From Rhizodiscina lignyota (taxonomy: Eukaryota), in the NCBI GenBank assembly GCA_010015805.1, contig ML978122.1:716453-780452 (forward strand): a stretch of 64,000 bases of DNA, written 5' to 3'. Position 1 is the first letter of the stretch. Every line of letters starts with the position of its first letter. The notes under the pieces were generated by a model that saw only the letters and a list, made by a program, of their open reading frames with translations, ran no database searches and was not told the origin of the DNA. The translations under genes were made by a program, and so were the position numbers. This document shows positions 24,401-35,756 of the stretch, in pieces.

Positions 24401-25296
24401 CTCATGAAGGCTACGATAAGATCGTGGATATCTTAATCCGAGCTGGTGCAGATGTCAATTTAAAAGGCGTGCGTGATTCCACACCCTTATTAGGTGCTGC
24501 CGAGCAAGGCTACGATAAGATCGTGGACATCTTAATCCGAGCAGGTACAGATGTCAATTCAAAGAATACGGATGATATCACGCCCTGATTAAGTGCTGCT
24601 GAGTAAGGCTACGATAAGATCGTAGATCTCTTAATCCGAGCAGGTGCAGATATTAATTATAAAGATTACTACGATGGCAAGACGCCTCTGCTGGCTGCTG
24701 TGTGTTCGGAGCGAGACACTCGATTCGATATTATTCAGCTATTGTGTGTTCTGGGAGCAAAAGTCAGTCTCGGAGACTCGTCAGGCAATACCCCCTTACA
24801 TCATGCTGCGCTGCTACCGTGCACCAAATCTCTACATCTCTTACTCCAGTCGACGAATATAGACATCAATTTGGGGAACAATTATGGCCGGACGCCTTTG
24901 CATTACGCTGTCAATGTCGGCCTTTACGAAAAGAGCGACAAGAGGGAAGCATTCGTAAACATGCTAATCCAAGTGGAGAACATCGACATCAACCCCAGAG
25001 ACCATGCAGGGAAGACGCCACTTCACTTGGCAGTGGAGAAAGTTCGCGCTACATCTCTTCAGCAGCTCCTTCAAACTGGCAAAGCAGACACACTCTCCAT
25101 GGACAAAAATGGGAGGACACCGCTGGCGGTAGCTCAAGGGCAACTGAAAACATTACGAAGCACAGCTCGGAGAGCTGCAAACGCAAAGATCATTCGGATG
25201 TTGCTCGAGGCCGAGCGGGCGCACTTGGCGACACGAGATCCTGCACAATCGCTCGGTCACGATTCAGTAACAATGACTCAGGGGGACGACTCATAA
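21409..25296 (+). CDS. Fungal NLR-like protein PNP_UDP_1-NACHT-ankyrin. The single reading frame is interrupted by TGA 24586 and TAA 24604, so it is either truncated at 1059 aa or restored to about 1262 aa by a 99-nt intron 24545-24643.
   Basis: PNP domain: YQIGWVSALPLE, LMVGIGGGVP, CFEMEAAGLMN, RGICDYSDSHK. Walker A ADPGCGKS and Walker B ILDALDEC. Ankyrin repeats continue in the same frame after the stops (GNTPLHHAA, GRTPLHYAV, GKTPLHLAV). Confidence 0.9.
24217..24652 (+). repeat. Near-identical 99-nt tandem ankyrin-repeat array (about 4.4 units, A-B-A-B' order)
   Basis: GATAAGATCGT recurs at 24217, 24316, 24415, 24514 and 24613, an exact 99-nt period. Confidence 0.95.
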
Positions 25297-25430
25297 GGAG
25301 ATTCCTCGTTAGAGGGATAATATAAATCATGGCCATTCGATACGTTGAGCACCACAACGAGGGAGCTGAATCTAGAAACTTGGTTGGGGGAAATAATGCA
25401 GCGATACAGCAATAACAGAACTCCTGCCAC

Positions 25431-26243
25431 CTAATGACGCAAGTCATCACCGACCGAACTATTCACCATCCCCCACAAGCTCCGATATTCCCGCCAGATC
25501 TCCACCGTCAATTGCTCAATACGAATCAGTGTCCGGTGCATTGCCTCTTGCTGATGATCTATTGAAGCTCGTGACTCGTTCAATTGGCCGTCTCGGGAGA
25601 AAATGTCTGGCAGATCACCATCCGTCCGCTGCGGAATCACAGCAACCGTGTCCAGCTGCATTGTCCTCTTTGGTTTTCCTGGTGCCACCGTATTTGTATC
25701 CTCTCGTTTATATGGATGATACCTCCCGCCCCTGGTTCTATTCCGTCCCGACCGTTCTCGCTTCAGTGCCGCAGGAAACGGATGCGAGACGCCGACTGGT
25801 GTTCCTCCGCGGTGGAATATGACAGCTGGCGCGTCCGTCCTTGGAGGCTGGCTCTGTGCTCGGGGCATGTTGATTGGTGTTGTGGGAAAGTTGGGGAACT
25901 GATCGAAAGCATGTGCAAATGGACTGCTGGGCTCGGATTGAATGTCTGGTACAGGAAGTGGCGGACACGAGATGGCTGCAGAGGAGGTGTAATCGGCAAA
26001 GAGATCATTGTCGGTCTTTGAGTTTGAAGTCGCATGGTCCATGGTTGTGGGTTGCGGAGTGTCGAACAGCGCAGGGTCGATGGACAAGAGGACTGGATCA
26101 ACTGAGAAGTCGTCTGAGCTGGATGGAGAATCGAACCCTGATGATGATGATGGGCATGGCGACCTGAAAGGTGAACCAAGAGGAGGAGGTTTGAGATGAT
26201 TTTGTTCGAGCGCGTTAGAGAGATTGGCTTCGTCGGTCGCCAT
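25431..26243 (-). CDS. Hypothetical protein, 270 aa, S/P-rich and probably disordered
   Basis: ATG-initiated intronless ORF with a basic patch KRERSGRNRTRGGRYHPY and a helical-looking C-terminus. No family recognised. Confidence 0.55.
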   Translation of the reverse strand: MATDEANLSNALEQNHLKPPPLGSPFRSPCPSSSSGFDSPSSSDDFSVDPVLLSIDPALFDTPQPTTMDHATSNSKTDNDLFADYTSSAAISCPPLPVPDIQSEPSSPFAHAFDQFPNFPTTPINMPRAQSQPPRTDAPAVIFHRGGTPVGVSHPFPAALKRERSGRNRTRGGRYHPYKREDTNTVAPGKPKRTMQLDTVAVIPQRTDGDLPDIFSRDGQLNESRASIDHQQEAMHRTLIRIEQLTVEIWREYRSLWGMVNSSVGDDLRH

Positions 26244-26834
26244 TCCGATGATTGTGGGTTAGATCGAAGATCCGCAATCTACAAAGCTCAAGAATAGTGA
26301 GAGATGAAAAGCGAAGGAAGCTTTTGGTGTTTAAATGTTGAAGAAATACGGATGAAGTGGTTAGTAAGAAAGGAGTGATATCCGAGACAAGAGGCTTGAA
26401 ACTGGTCTCAACTTACGACAGCATTTGCGACTGTCTTGTACAAGAGAAAGGACGGCAACGTCAAAGCATCAATAAACAAAGGTGCGTTGGTTCACATCTT
26501 CGCCCATTTCCTGACAACATTTGAGAAGCAGTTCTGGGCTGACGTTCATCAAGGAAGTCTGCATTGTTGGATCAGCGTTGACATTTGAACTGGGATGAAA
26601 ATTTGTGTTCATCAGCATTGTCGCATTAACTGCCGCATTATATCGTCGTTATTCGTTGCGCCGGTTTCTTCTATTTCCTCGTCTTTGGGTATCTCTGTGT
26701 ATTCTCCTAGGTCCGAATGAAAATCGTTCCTCATCGCCCATTACTCCGTTTCAGATTCCCTCCCAATGCGATTATGATCCTATACCATCCAGTAAACGCC
26801 GTAGTCCCATATGTACACCCAACCATCTTTGTCC

Positions 26835-29800
26835 TCAAGCACCCCCCAGACCGGCCGCAAAAGCCAGATACCAAGTCCTGCTCGCGCCGCCGTCCAACCA
26901 GGTAGGGTCAAAGTCCGGCTGCGAGAAGAACTGAAAGCTCGCTTCAGGATTTGTGAGTGCCAGGTTGGCATATAGAATGCCCTTCCAACCGGAATCGACG
27001 CTGTCGGCGCGGCCATCGCTGAAGTATGTGTCCCATTCTTGCTGGACGAAGGTCGACGTGCGGGTGATGGAGGAAGAAGGGTTGAGAGGGATCATGTGTA
27101 TGCTGTATATCATTAGAACTGATTCATTGGTAATCAGATATGAGCGAAATAACGTACCCTTGTATGTATTCGATGTTCGTTCCAAAATATGTCGTGTGGT
27201 CCACTTTGTTCTCGAATAGCTTTGACGTGCCATCAGCAAAGCTCGCAAAAGATTAAGTAATCGTGAACATACAATGCCGGTGACTTTATTCCCGACGAAC
27301 TTCGGCGGCTGGGCCGCATTATCGCTCTCGAGCAGAAAGTAATTCTGCAAACTCCGTGCCTGTACCGCCAACTGTAGATTACCGCGTGCCTCCATGTTCG
27401 GATCACCACTCACCTGACCCCACATCTTGATCGCATATGTCGAGAATGCATCTTCGCTTGAGCTTTCCTCATCCTTTCCATCACCAGATTCAAACAGTCC
27501 CTTCGCCCAAGAATGTCCGTGATACCAGTCAAAATTTCTGGAAAACGGGAAATAGGGATCTGTATTCACAGGATTAGCGTAATCTCTCACGAGCATGCTT
27601 ACCCAGTCCTTGTTGGTGCCATTTCTCAACCAGTCAGGATCAAGATACGCGATGACCGCTGCGGTGTAGACAAAGTAGCCGTAATGGAAGTGGTGATCGT
27701 TGTAGTACGTGTTGCCGAAATCGACACCACTGTCGTCAGTCTCATAGGTCGCAGAAGAAACGACGCCTTTCCAGCTCTGGTCATACACCAGCGGATATGA
27801 CTGTTCGTTGTTTACGAACGTGGCAAAGGCAGCTTCGAGATTCTTGAGTGCTGCAGCGGCAAGACCGGTCTGTCCGGCAATGTCATTCGTTGTGTAGACA
27901 GCTGCTGCAAACTTGGCGAGACCCTTTGAGAACGTGAGTACAGTTCCAATAAGAGTGTAGGATCATCTTACCTTTCCACTGAAATACATGCTGTCCAGGT
28001 TCGTTTGCTCATCCATGTTCTGATTCAGCTCAACTCCAGCTGCATCTGCGATCGCCGAAACGGCGGTATTAGAGACGCTTTTCATGCTGCCAAACTTCGG
28101 ATGATATGGCGCGAATCCCAATTCGAGAGGGAGCTGCTCGGACATGGTAATAGAATCAGCAGCGACGGCTTTGGCTATTCCTTTTGTCGTTGTCTCGAGT
28201 TGAACATCAGTCACGGCCGCAGACGTAGCGTAATCCATTGACTCCAGATGATGTGGCAGAGCAAACATCAATAGCTTGTTCTGTGTCACACCGCCTTTAT
28301 CCCAAGCGAGAGTATACGTGCCGGTGGAATCCTCCATGGACGCAGACACAGATCCACTAATAGCGTACGCTCCAGCAGAAGCATCGTAGACAGCCTCGCC
28401 ATCGAAGCCATTAGCGTTCTTCGCAATCTGCACAGTGCCGAAGAAATCAGCAGGACCCTGAATGTGAGAGCTGTCATTCAGTGTGAATGCAGGAGTTCCT
28501 GCGCTTCCTTTCGGCGTGACGTAGAGCAGCCAGTTGGTGTTGTCATTGAGAGTGATACGATACTTGAAAGTATTCTTTCCGTAACCCAGTGCTCCTGCGT
28601 AGTTGACCGTATTAAAGAAGACACCTGTCTGGAGTAGTGGCGTTCCTCCGGCATAGATACCAGTCACGAAGCCCATGCCTTGAACGAGGGGAAACTGGAT
28701 CAGGGTATCAACACCATCAGCCGGATGTAGATTGACGTTAACCGAGAAGCCCTCAAGTGAATCCGTAGTCAGTGTGGTTGAGTCGCTTAGCTCTTTCGCC
28801 GAAAGGATGAGGGATTCGATTCCGAGAGGATTGATGAAGTTCTGTGCCGGATCACCTTGGCCATACGCTAGTTGACTGCGCTCAATATGAGAGATAGCGA
28901 GGCCCCAACTGCCGGCGGCGCCTGTTCCTTTCTGCCAGCTGACAGAGTAGGGATGAGTGAAGGTGCTCATTGTCTGGTCACCAAGGAAGAAGTTTGCGTA
29001 GAACTTGTTCGTCTCAATCGGGCCTGTCGCATTCTCGATACCCAGCCGTGGGACTGGATGCTCTGGCTTCACTAGTATGTTCGATGGAGGAGCATCAGTA
29101 GCGATCGGAACAAAGATGTTGCCCGATCTGCTTGCGGTGGGCGAAGTGATAGAAGGATTGAGAGTGAGGTTCGCAGGAGCCAAGCTGCTTGATGGCGTTG
29201 GGATCACTGTTGTGTTGAAAGGAATGATCGATGTTCGGCCACCATTCTCCAACGAAGACTGGACGGTCCCTAATGCTGGCGCAGCAGATGTAGAGGCGGA
29301 CTGGATTGATGGGACACTGCTTGAATAGCTTATCGTCACTGGAACAGAAGACGTGCCAGTAGGCAGTGGAGCAAATATTCCGCCAGTGTTTAATGTCGCC
29401 GCGCCCGTGGAAGACTCAGAGCCGATTTCTTGGGCTATCTCGGTGGAGACAGACATTGTACTGCTTGAGGTCGTGACAGGCGAGGATGATGTTGCAGGCG
29501 TTTTGCTGGGCGAGGCTGAAGGCGGTGGTTGCCCTCCTGAAGATTCTGATGTAGATGCTGCGCTTGGTGGTGATGAGTCGACTCCGGACGCACTCTGAGT
29601 TGAACTGCTTTCCGAGCTCGACACTTCCAGCGATGTAGTTGTGGCTGACGCAGGAAGTGCTGCTGATGACGTCGTCGGAGCTGATGGACTTCCAGAAGTT
29701 GACGATGGAACGCTCGATGCTGTGGCTGGTGGAGTCGCAAACGCATCCAAAGTAGACGAAAGAGTTGTCGTTGCGACGGTTGTCCATACTGTTGATGTGC

Positions 29801-30146
29801 TTGGTGCAGACGCATCTGAAGGGGTGGACGACGGAGGGGTTAAAGTGAACGTATTAGGTACGGCTGACTGCGGTTGAGTGTCGCTGGTGGAACATGATGT
29901 CAATGTAGTCGTTGTCGATGTCATGACAGCCGTAAATTCCACCGAGTAATCGCTCGCCGTCATCAAAGTCGGGGTCCAATTTGGATCTACGTTCAACTTT
30001 CCATCCAAATGAACATCGAATTTGACCATGTCTAGTCCAGTATTTCTTGACCGTCCATCGCTTCCTCCAATTGGAAAAGCGCCGACAGCTGTGCTTTGCA
30101 GAAATAATCTCCATAACCATCTTTTAGAATGTGTTTGGGTGACCAT
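26835..30146 (-). CDS. GH81 endo-1,3-beta-glucanase (Eng1/Acf2-like) with signal peptide and long S/T-rich N-terminus, 4 exons
   Basis: IETNKFYANFFLG, FPLVQGMGFVTG, LLMFALPHH, SMYFSGK/GLAKFA, DFGNTYYNDHHFHYGY and catalytic GKDEESSSED. Introns 27971-27924, 27272-27220 and 27157-27103. Confidence 0.93.
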
Positions 30147-31882
30147 TTAGTCGAGTGACTTGGTGGTGAGGGGAAGTCGACTTTGCGTCGCGATTGCTGT
30201 CCAAGTTCGTCGTGGTTGGAATGCAGCTCGTCTCTCGGAATGTGGGGTTACTATGTAAGTAGTATTTCTCGTCTTCAAAAGATCAATTGGTAAATGGATA
30301 AGTTGAGAGATAAATCAGTGAGACTGTCAACACAATCGACAAGATGTCGATAGACAAAGGCGATGAAGTCTTTGTGTACATCATACTGAACCTTAATTGT
30401 GGGCCCAACAGTTGTTCTCCAGCCTCTATCTCGAGCTCTTCCTGAACCGTGGTAACAACATTGGAATTACCATGGTAACAGGGGTTGTTGATTCATTAGA
30501 TTGTCATGTTGAATCGCGCACCTGCGTGGCTGCGGATGAGGCGCTCGGTATTTATCCAATCGAACAATGAACCGAGCGGCGTGGAAAGCAAAGATGCCAT
30601 GCGAGACGGGTCGATGAAATCGAGCGAGGATCGGTGATCAAGCTTTACCAGCGCACATTTGGCGACACAAAACCTGTTCTGTTCCTGCATCACTAGTTCA
30701 GTTGTTCACGAAGTGAAATCTAATGGTTTCTGGTCCAAAAATAGAAACATTCCAGAGCAATTCAAATCGAGCGACACAAGAACTTTTCCACTTTACACAA
30801 CTCCCCGGGCAACATGAAGGAACTTTGGATTTGAGAGGTCTTCTGGTGACTTTTCTTCCGAGCTTGAGGAACTGCTCGGGCCTTTCAAGACAGCGGTAGG
30901 GGTGGTGAGCTCTGCGGAGATCCATTTGCGATCCGCTCAACCGCAATGCTTACATTGCTGCACGAGCACATCGGCAATCAATCTCAAGGAACCCCGTCTT
31001 TCCCGTTCACATAGTAAGAATCGGTGGGACGAATCCAAGGCCAGAAATATCCGGTTGGAGAGGCTCCGCAATCACCAGGACAACCGCTGCAACCCTTCGA
31101 TTCGGGAAAGATGTTTAGCGAGCCCAACGCGGCTGGATGACGCGATAGCGCCGATGACTCGTAAGGCTGATGGCGTCTGAGGTGGCACGATTGGCTGAGA
31201 ACGCGATTAGACAATTATTGATGATGAAAAAAGGATTAATGAAGGCTTGAATGAAATGTAGAATGCTCGGAAAGCGAACAATTGCATCTGTTCGTCGATT
31301 ATGGAATGAAAGGAATGCCACCCCTTCATGTCCGTCCAGGCGAAATTCCGGTATTCGAGCAACTCCATTTTCGTCCTATGAATTCGACTACAAGGTAGCT
31401 CTCCCGGCGGATCGACCACTGCCTGGCGGATGACACTGTCTCAGCTGGACTAACGGGAGACATGCAGAAGAGGCAAGACGGCTGGAAGAGGGTGTAATCA
31501 CCTGCGGCTTGTGGAATAGGCCTCGAAGCCAAGGTTCGATGTGCCCTGGAAGACACGCTAAATAGACTGGAGGAACTTCCGCAAGGTCGTTCGAAGTTCA
31601 AGATAGTGATGCCTACGAACAAGGAGTCATGCAGATAACATTATGTCCGCTTCACGTCTACAGATGAAGTTGAATCAAAGTTTGGGCCGTTCGTGTAACG
31701 CATAGACACGTGGACCAGGTTCAAGGGTGCGCGCATTGCGCCATCCGCGTGCAGGTGAAGCTCATCAGCTTCGTCTTCGTGACCTCATCCAAGCACCCAA
31801 AGACACACCAGGAAGGTCCTTATAAGGCTCTCAAGAATGGAATCGACGTGACAGATATAGTAATAGTCTTCTAAGGGTCGAA

Positions 31883-32592
31883 ATGAAGTCCTGGATATCC
31901 GAATATTCTTCCGCCCTTGACGCGCGCGATGTGCGCGAGAAGGCACAGCTTCGCTTCGTCAACGCATGTGCGTCATAGGAAGCCTCCTCTCTCGTCCTAG
32001 AAATCCATTCTAATTCGCAAAAACAGATACTAAGCTAGCAGATCGAACAGCAACCCTCGAATCCGCCAATAGTTCAAGTCCGCCCGTCGCTGAAGCACCA
32101 TCAGTGCCTTCCCCTTCCCAACGCACCACCAGCCCAGGTCTATCCATTCCGTTCCGCGGCAAGTCTCCACAAGCAAATGTTCCAGACGACACTTCCAACC
32201 TTTCCCCCTCAGATGCCCTCAACCGCCTGCGGTCCGACCTCGCGACTACCCAACGCTCCCGCGCCGCCTTACAATCTCAGCTCGCTCCGGTCACGTCCGA
32301 ACTTGCTACTCTCAAATCTCAATCTGCCCGTGATACAAAGCGCATCTCAGAGCTTGAACGCGACAGATCTATTCTAGAGCGAAGGGTCAAAGATCGAGAC
32401 GAGGAGATCAAAGGCAAGGCGCGACTAGTAGAGGAGGTACAGGACGAGATGTTGAGCCTGAATCTGCAGCTAAACATGGCAGAGCAGCGGAGTGAGAAGC
32501 TGGAGACGGAAAACAAGCAGTTGGTGGATCGCTGGATGGAGAGGATGGGAAGAGAGGCGGAGGAGATGAATGAGCGGAGCAAATGGACTTGA
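31883..32592 (+). CDS. ATG16: Autophagy protein Atg16, 2 exons
   Basis: [21 protein letters not shown]...NA/YTKLADRT across intron 31968-32026, and the coiled coil [48 protein letters not shown]. Confidence 0.88.
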
Positions 32593-33613
32593 GATGCCGC
32601 GATGAATAGGGGTTCCATTATCGAGACATCGGCAAGAATAAAATTCCAGCGTGGATATTCGACTCTGCCAGGCGAATCATGGCAGCCGGGCGGAATGAAC
32701 GTCATACGGCTTTTCTCATATAGACCTCGCCGAGAGAGCACACCACACCAGACAGGCCAGCCAAAGGCTTTGCTCGTATCTGACAATAGAAGTCAGTCAC
32801 GACAGCGGACCACAATCTCCGCCGTGTGAATCATATCCTCACACAGGCAGAAGCCATTGCAGAGAGCTGAACGGCTTGGACGAGGCCAGTTCCGCTCACC
32901 TCTGCTCCCAAAGCTGCCTAAAACGTATTAATTAGTATGTACGAATTCTTCAATACAGTTCTACTATCAGATCAGGTCCCAGTTTGTTTTCTACTCCCTC
33001 TCCATTGCACCCAATGCGCTGGTCTTCTCCTCAGAAGTGATTGTTGCGCTCCTTCAGCCATTACGGATGGTGCATGTCTTTCGGATCCTGCTTAGGGCTT
33101 CCCCAAGGGTAAGACGGAAAGATGAAATATCGACCCAGCTTCATGGAACTCCGGGGTTTATAAACGGTTAGAGTATCCTGCAGAGATGTCTGAATGCGGT
33201 CGGTACATGTACCCGGAGATGAGCCGACTAGGTACCTGGCCTACCCAGGGTTAGGTACACCGCCGCCCGGAATCTAGGGCGGTCATTCCCGGTGCAACTT
33301 TAAACCCAGGATCCTTCAGGAATCAGACGGAGAGCGCCAATGTCGCTGCGACGGAGCCGAATCCGCCGGCAATTCGCTCTGCAGTATCGCTATTACCAGG
33401 GACAACATGCGCGATATTATTCTAGATATGCAGACGTGCATGACGTAAAAAGCAGGACATTGCTGATGCCGAACCTTGACCTTGGAACCCTTGGAAATTT
33501 CTAGACGCCACAACAGCTCGAGCCCTCGCCAGCGGCAGCCCCGCAGCGGCAGCATGGCAATTTATTAAGCGGTCAAAATTCCCCATTTCTTTGAGATTCG
33601 CGTCCAGCGACCA

Positions 33614-35630
33614 ATGTCTCTAGCACAGCATGTCTCGGCATTCGAAGGAGTTGATCGGGAGCCTCTCGAGGACGATGCCGAGAGCCTTTTATCGCTCTCG
33701 CAGGTCCCGAGTAGACGAACCTCTCGGAGACCTTCCTTGAGCTATGATCCGATACCACCAGCGCAAGACCCGCAGGAGAAGCTTGAGCCAATTGGAGCAT
33801 ACGACGTGTCTCAGAGCAAAAGGCTAGGTATGAATGGTTGCTTTCGCTACATTGGATACAATAGTTACTAATTTTGTGCAGTTCAGGTTGCCATTGGTGT
33901 AATTTCCTGTGTTATCGCTGCTGGAATAGTGTTTGGCTTTGCAGCGTTGAAACCTGTCTTAATCGGCGAGAATGTGTATCGCGAGCTCTGCACCAAGAAG
34001 GAGCTGGAAGACCAAGTCGTCGTCTGCTACCTGCAAGATCTCAAGTACGTTGCCATTCAATCGATCGCAGACATGTGTTGCTTACACACTATACAGGCTG
34101 AACCTTACTTTCAATGTTGCATCAGTCACCGCGAACATGTCCGCACTACTCGTCGGCGCGATACTTGATCGATTCGGTCCCAGAGTATGTGGCATCCTCA
34201 GCTCCGTCATACTCACCTTTGGAACTTTGTGTATGGCATTCGAGCGCGAGCTTCCCTTCGATGCGATCGTCGCTGGCCACTTTCTGCTCGCGCTGGGCGG
34301 GACCTTCGTCTTCGTTCCATCCTTTCACCTCTCCAATGCTTTCCCTCGCTATCAAGGTCTTATCCTCGCCTTGATCACTGGAGCATTCGATTCTTCTGCG
34401 GCGGTCTTCCTCATTTTTCGCTTGATCTACGAGTCTTCCAGACACCAGTTTGCGTTGAAGCAGTTTTTCTTGCTCTACCTCGTGGTCCCGGTATTCGTTC
34501 TTACAACACAATTATTCCTGATGCCGAACAAAAGCTATGAAACACGCATTGGGCTGCAACAAACCGCTGAAGAAGCGGAAGACCCAGCTCACGATGTTCA
34601 CTCATCTGACGAGGAACTCGATGATAGCGAGATGTGGTACGTCCGGTCACTGCGGGCGGACGATCGCAAGCGCATACGTGCTGAAATCAGTTCCTTGCTG
34701 GGCAATATGGCAGAACAGGAAGACCGTGAGAAGAAAGAAGAGCAAATCCGATTCAACAGCCAAGCATGGGGGGCGCTTCACGGACAGCCGGCGTGGAGGC
34801 AGATTCGTTCACCATGGTTCATCCTTATTACGGTATTTACGATTCTTCAGATGGCGAGGTTCAACTTCTTTATTGCCACAATCTGGAGCCAATACCGGTA
34901 CATGCTCCGCTCGACGGAGATGGCGGATCGCATTAATAGCTTCTTCGACCTGGCGCTGCCCATTGGTGGCGTGGCAGCTGTGCCTTTCATCGGAACGCTT
35001 CTCGATAATTTAAGTGTTGCGGGGGTACTTGCCATTGTCGTAACGCTGAGTACCGCTGTTGGATTCATCGGAACACTTCACTACGCGTGGGCAGGCTACA
35101 TGAACGTTGTGTTGTTCTGCATCTTCCGTCCCCTCTATTACTCCGCAATGTCGTAAGTCGCACAAAATATGTGAACAGTTGGACAACGAGACTAACGCTC
35201 ACTTAGTGACTACACCGTCAAAGTCTTCGGCCTAGCAACATTCGGCACCATCTATGGCACTATTATATGCACCTCCGGCTTGCTCACCTTCACACAATCC
35301 GCGCTCCAAGCCATCACACACGAGGCGTTCAGCGACAATCCCACACCAGTCAACCTCGCGCTTGCCGGCCTTGGTCTCATTTCCGGGGCAGCGCTCGTAC
35401 TATATGTCGCATTCGCAGGAAGAAAAGTGCAGCAGGAGGTGGTGGAAGAAGAAGAAAGAAGAAGCCTACTCCCTACACCAAGGGAGACACCACGGTTAGG
35501 ACCAGTGGGGCGCTCACCGAGGTTTGGGCCATCGTATGGCACAATCGGTTCTCTGAGGGAAGGTAGAGGGCCGCCTTTGGAGAGGCCGAGCTTGGCGAAT
35601 TTGAGGCAGCTGAGCAACATAACTGAATAA
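33614..35630 (+). CDS. MFS transporter, Fmp42/SLC43-like, 4 exons
   Basis: AAGIVFGFAALKPVL, LVGAILDRFGPR, FHLSNAFP, ALITGAFDSSA, QMARFNFFIATI and RPLYYSAMS/DYTVKVFGLATFGTIYG, with multiple TM segments. Confidence 0.85.
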
Positions 35631-35756
35631 AGAGGGTCAAAAGCGACACTGATAATTTAAAAAAGATGTATATAATCAGTACAAAAAAGGCCAAAACAAA
35701 GGAGGCTCTTGTCTTGCGAACATAGCATTCCTATCTTTCACTGCAGGTTAACAGTG

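Noticed and set aside
24586..24606. A-to-I editing or readthrough of the NLR stop codons
   Set aside because: Editing would give Trp, but sister repeats have Leu (TTA) and Gln/Glu at these positions. Two different stops six codons apart also make readthrough unlikely.
24217..24652. CRISPR-like array (constant blocks with variable spacers)
   Set aside because: It is a 99-nt in-frame ankyrin coding repeat in a eukaryotic gene, and no cas genes are present.
24700..25296. Separate 198-aa ankyrin gene
   Set aside because: It has a GTG start, is in the same frame as the NLR and continues the repeat array, so it is the NLR's C-terminal part.
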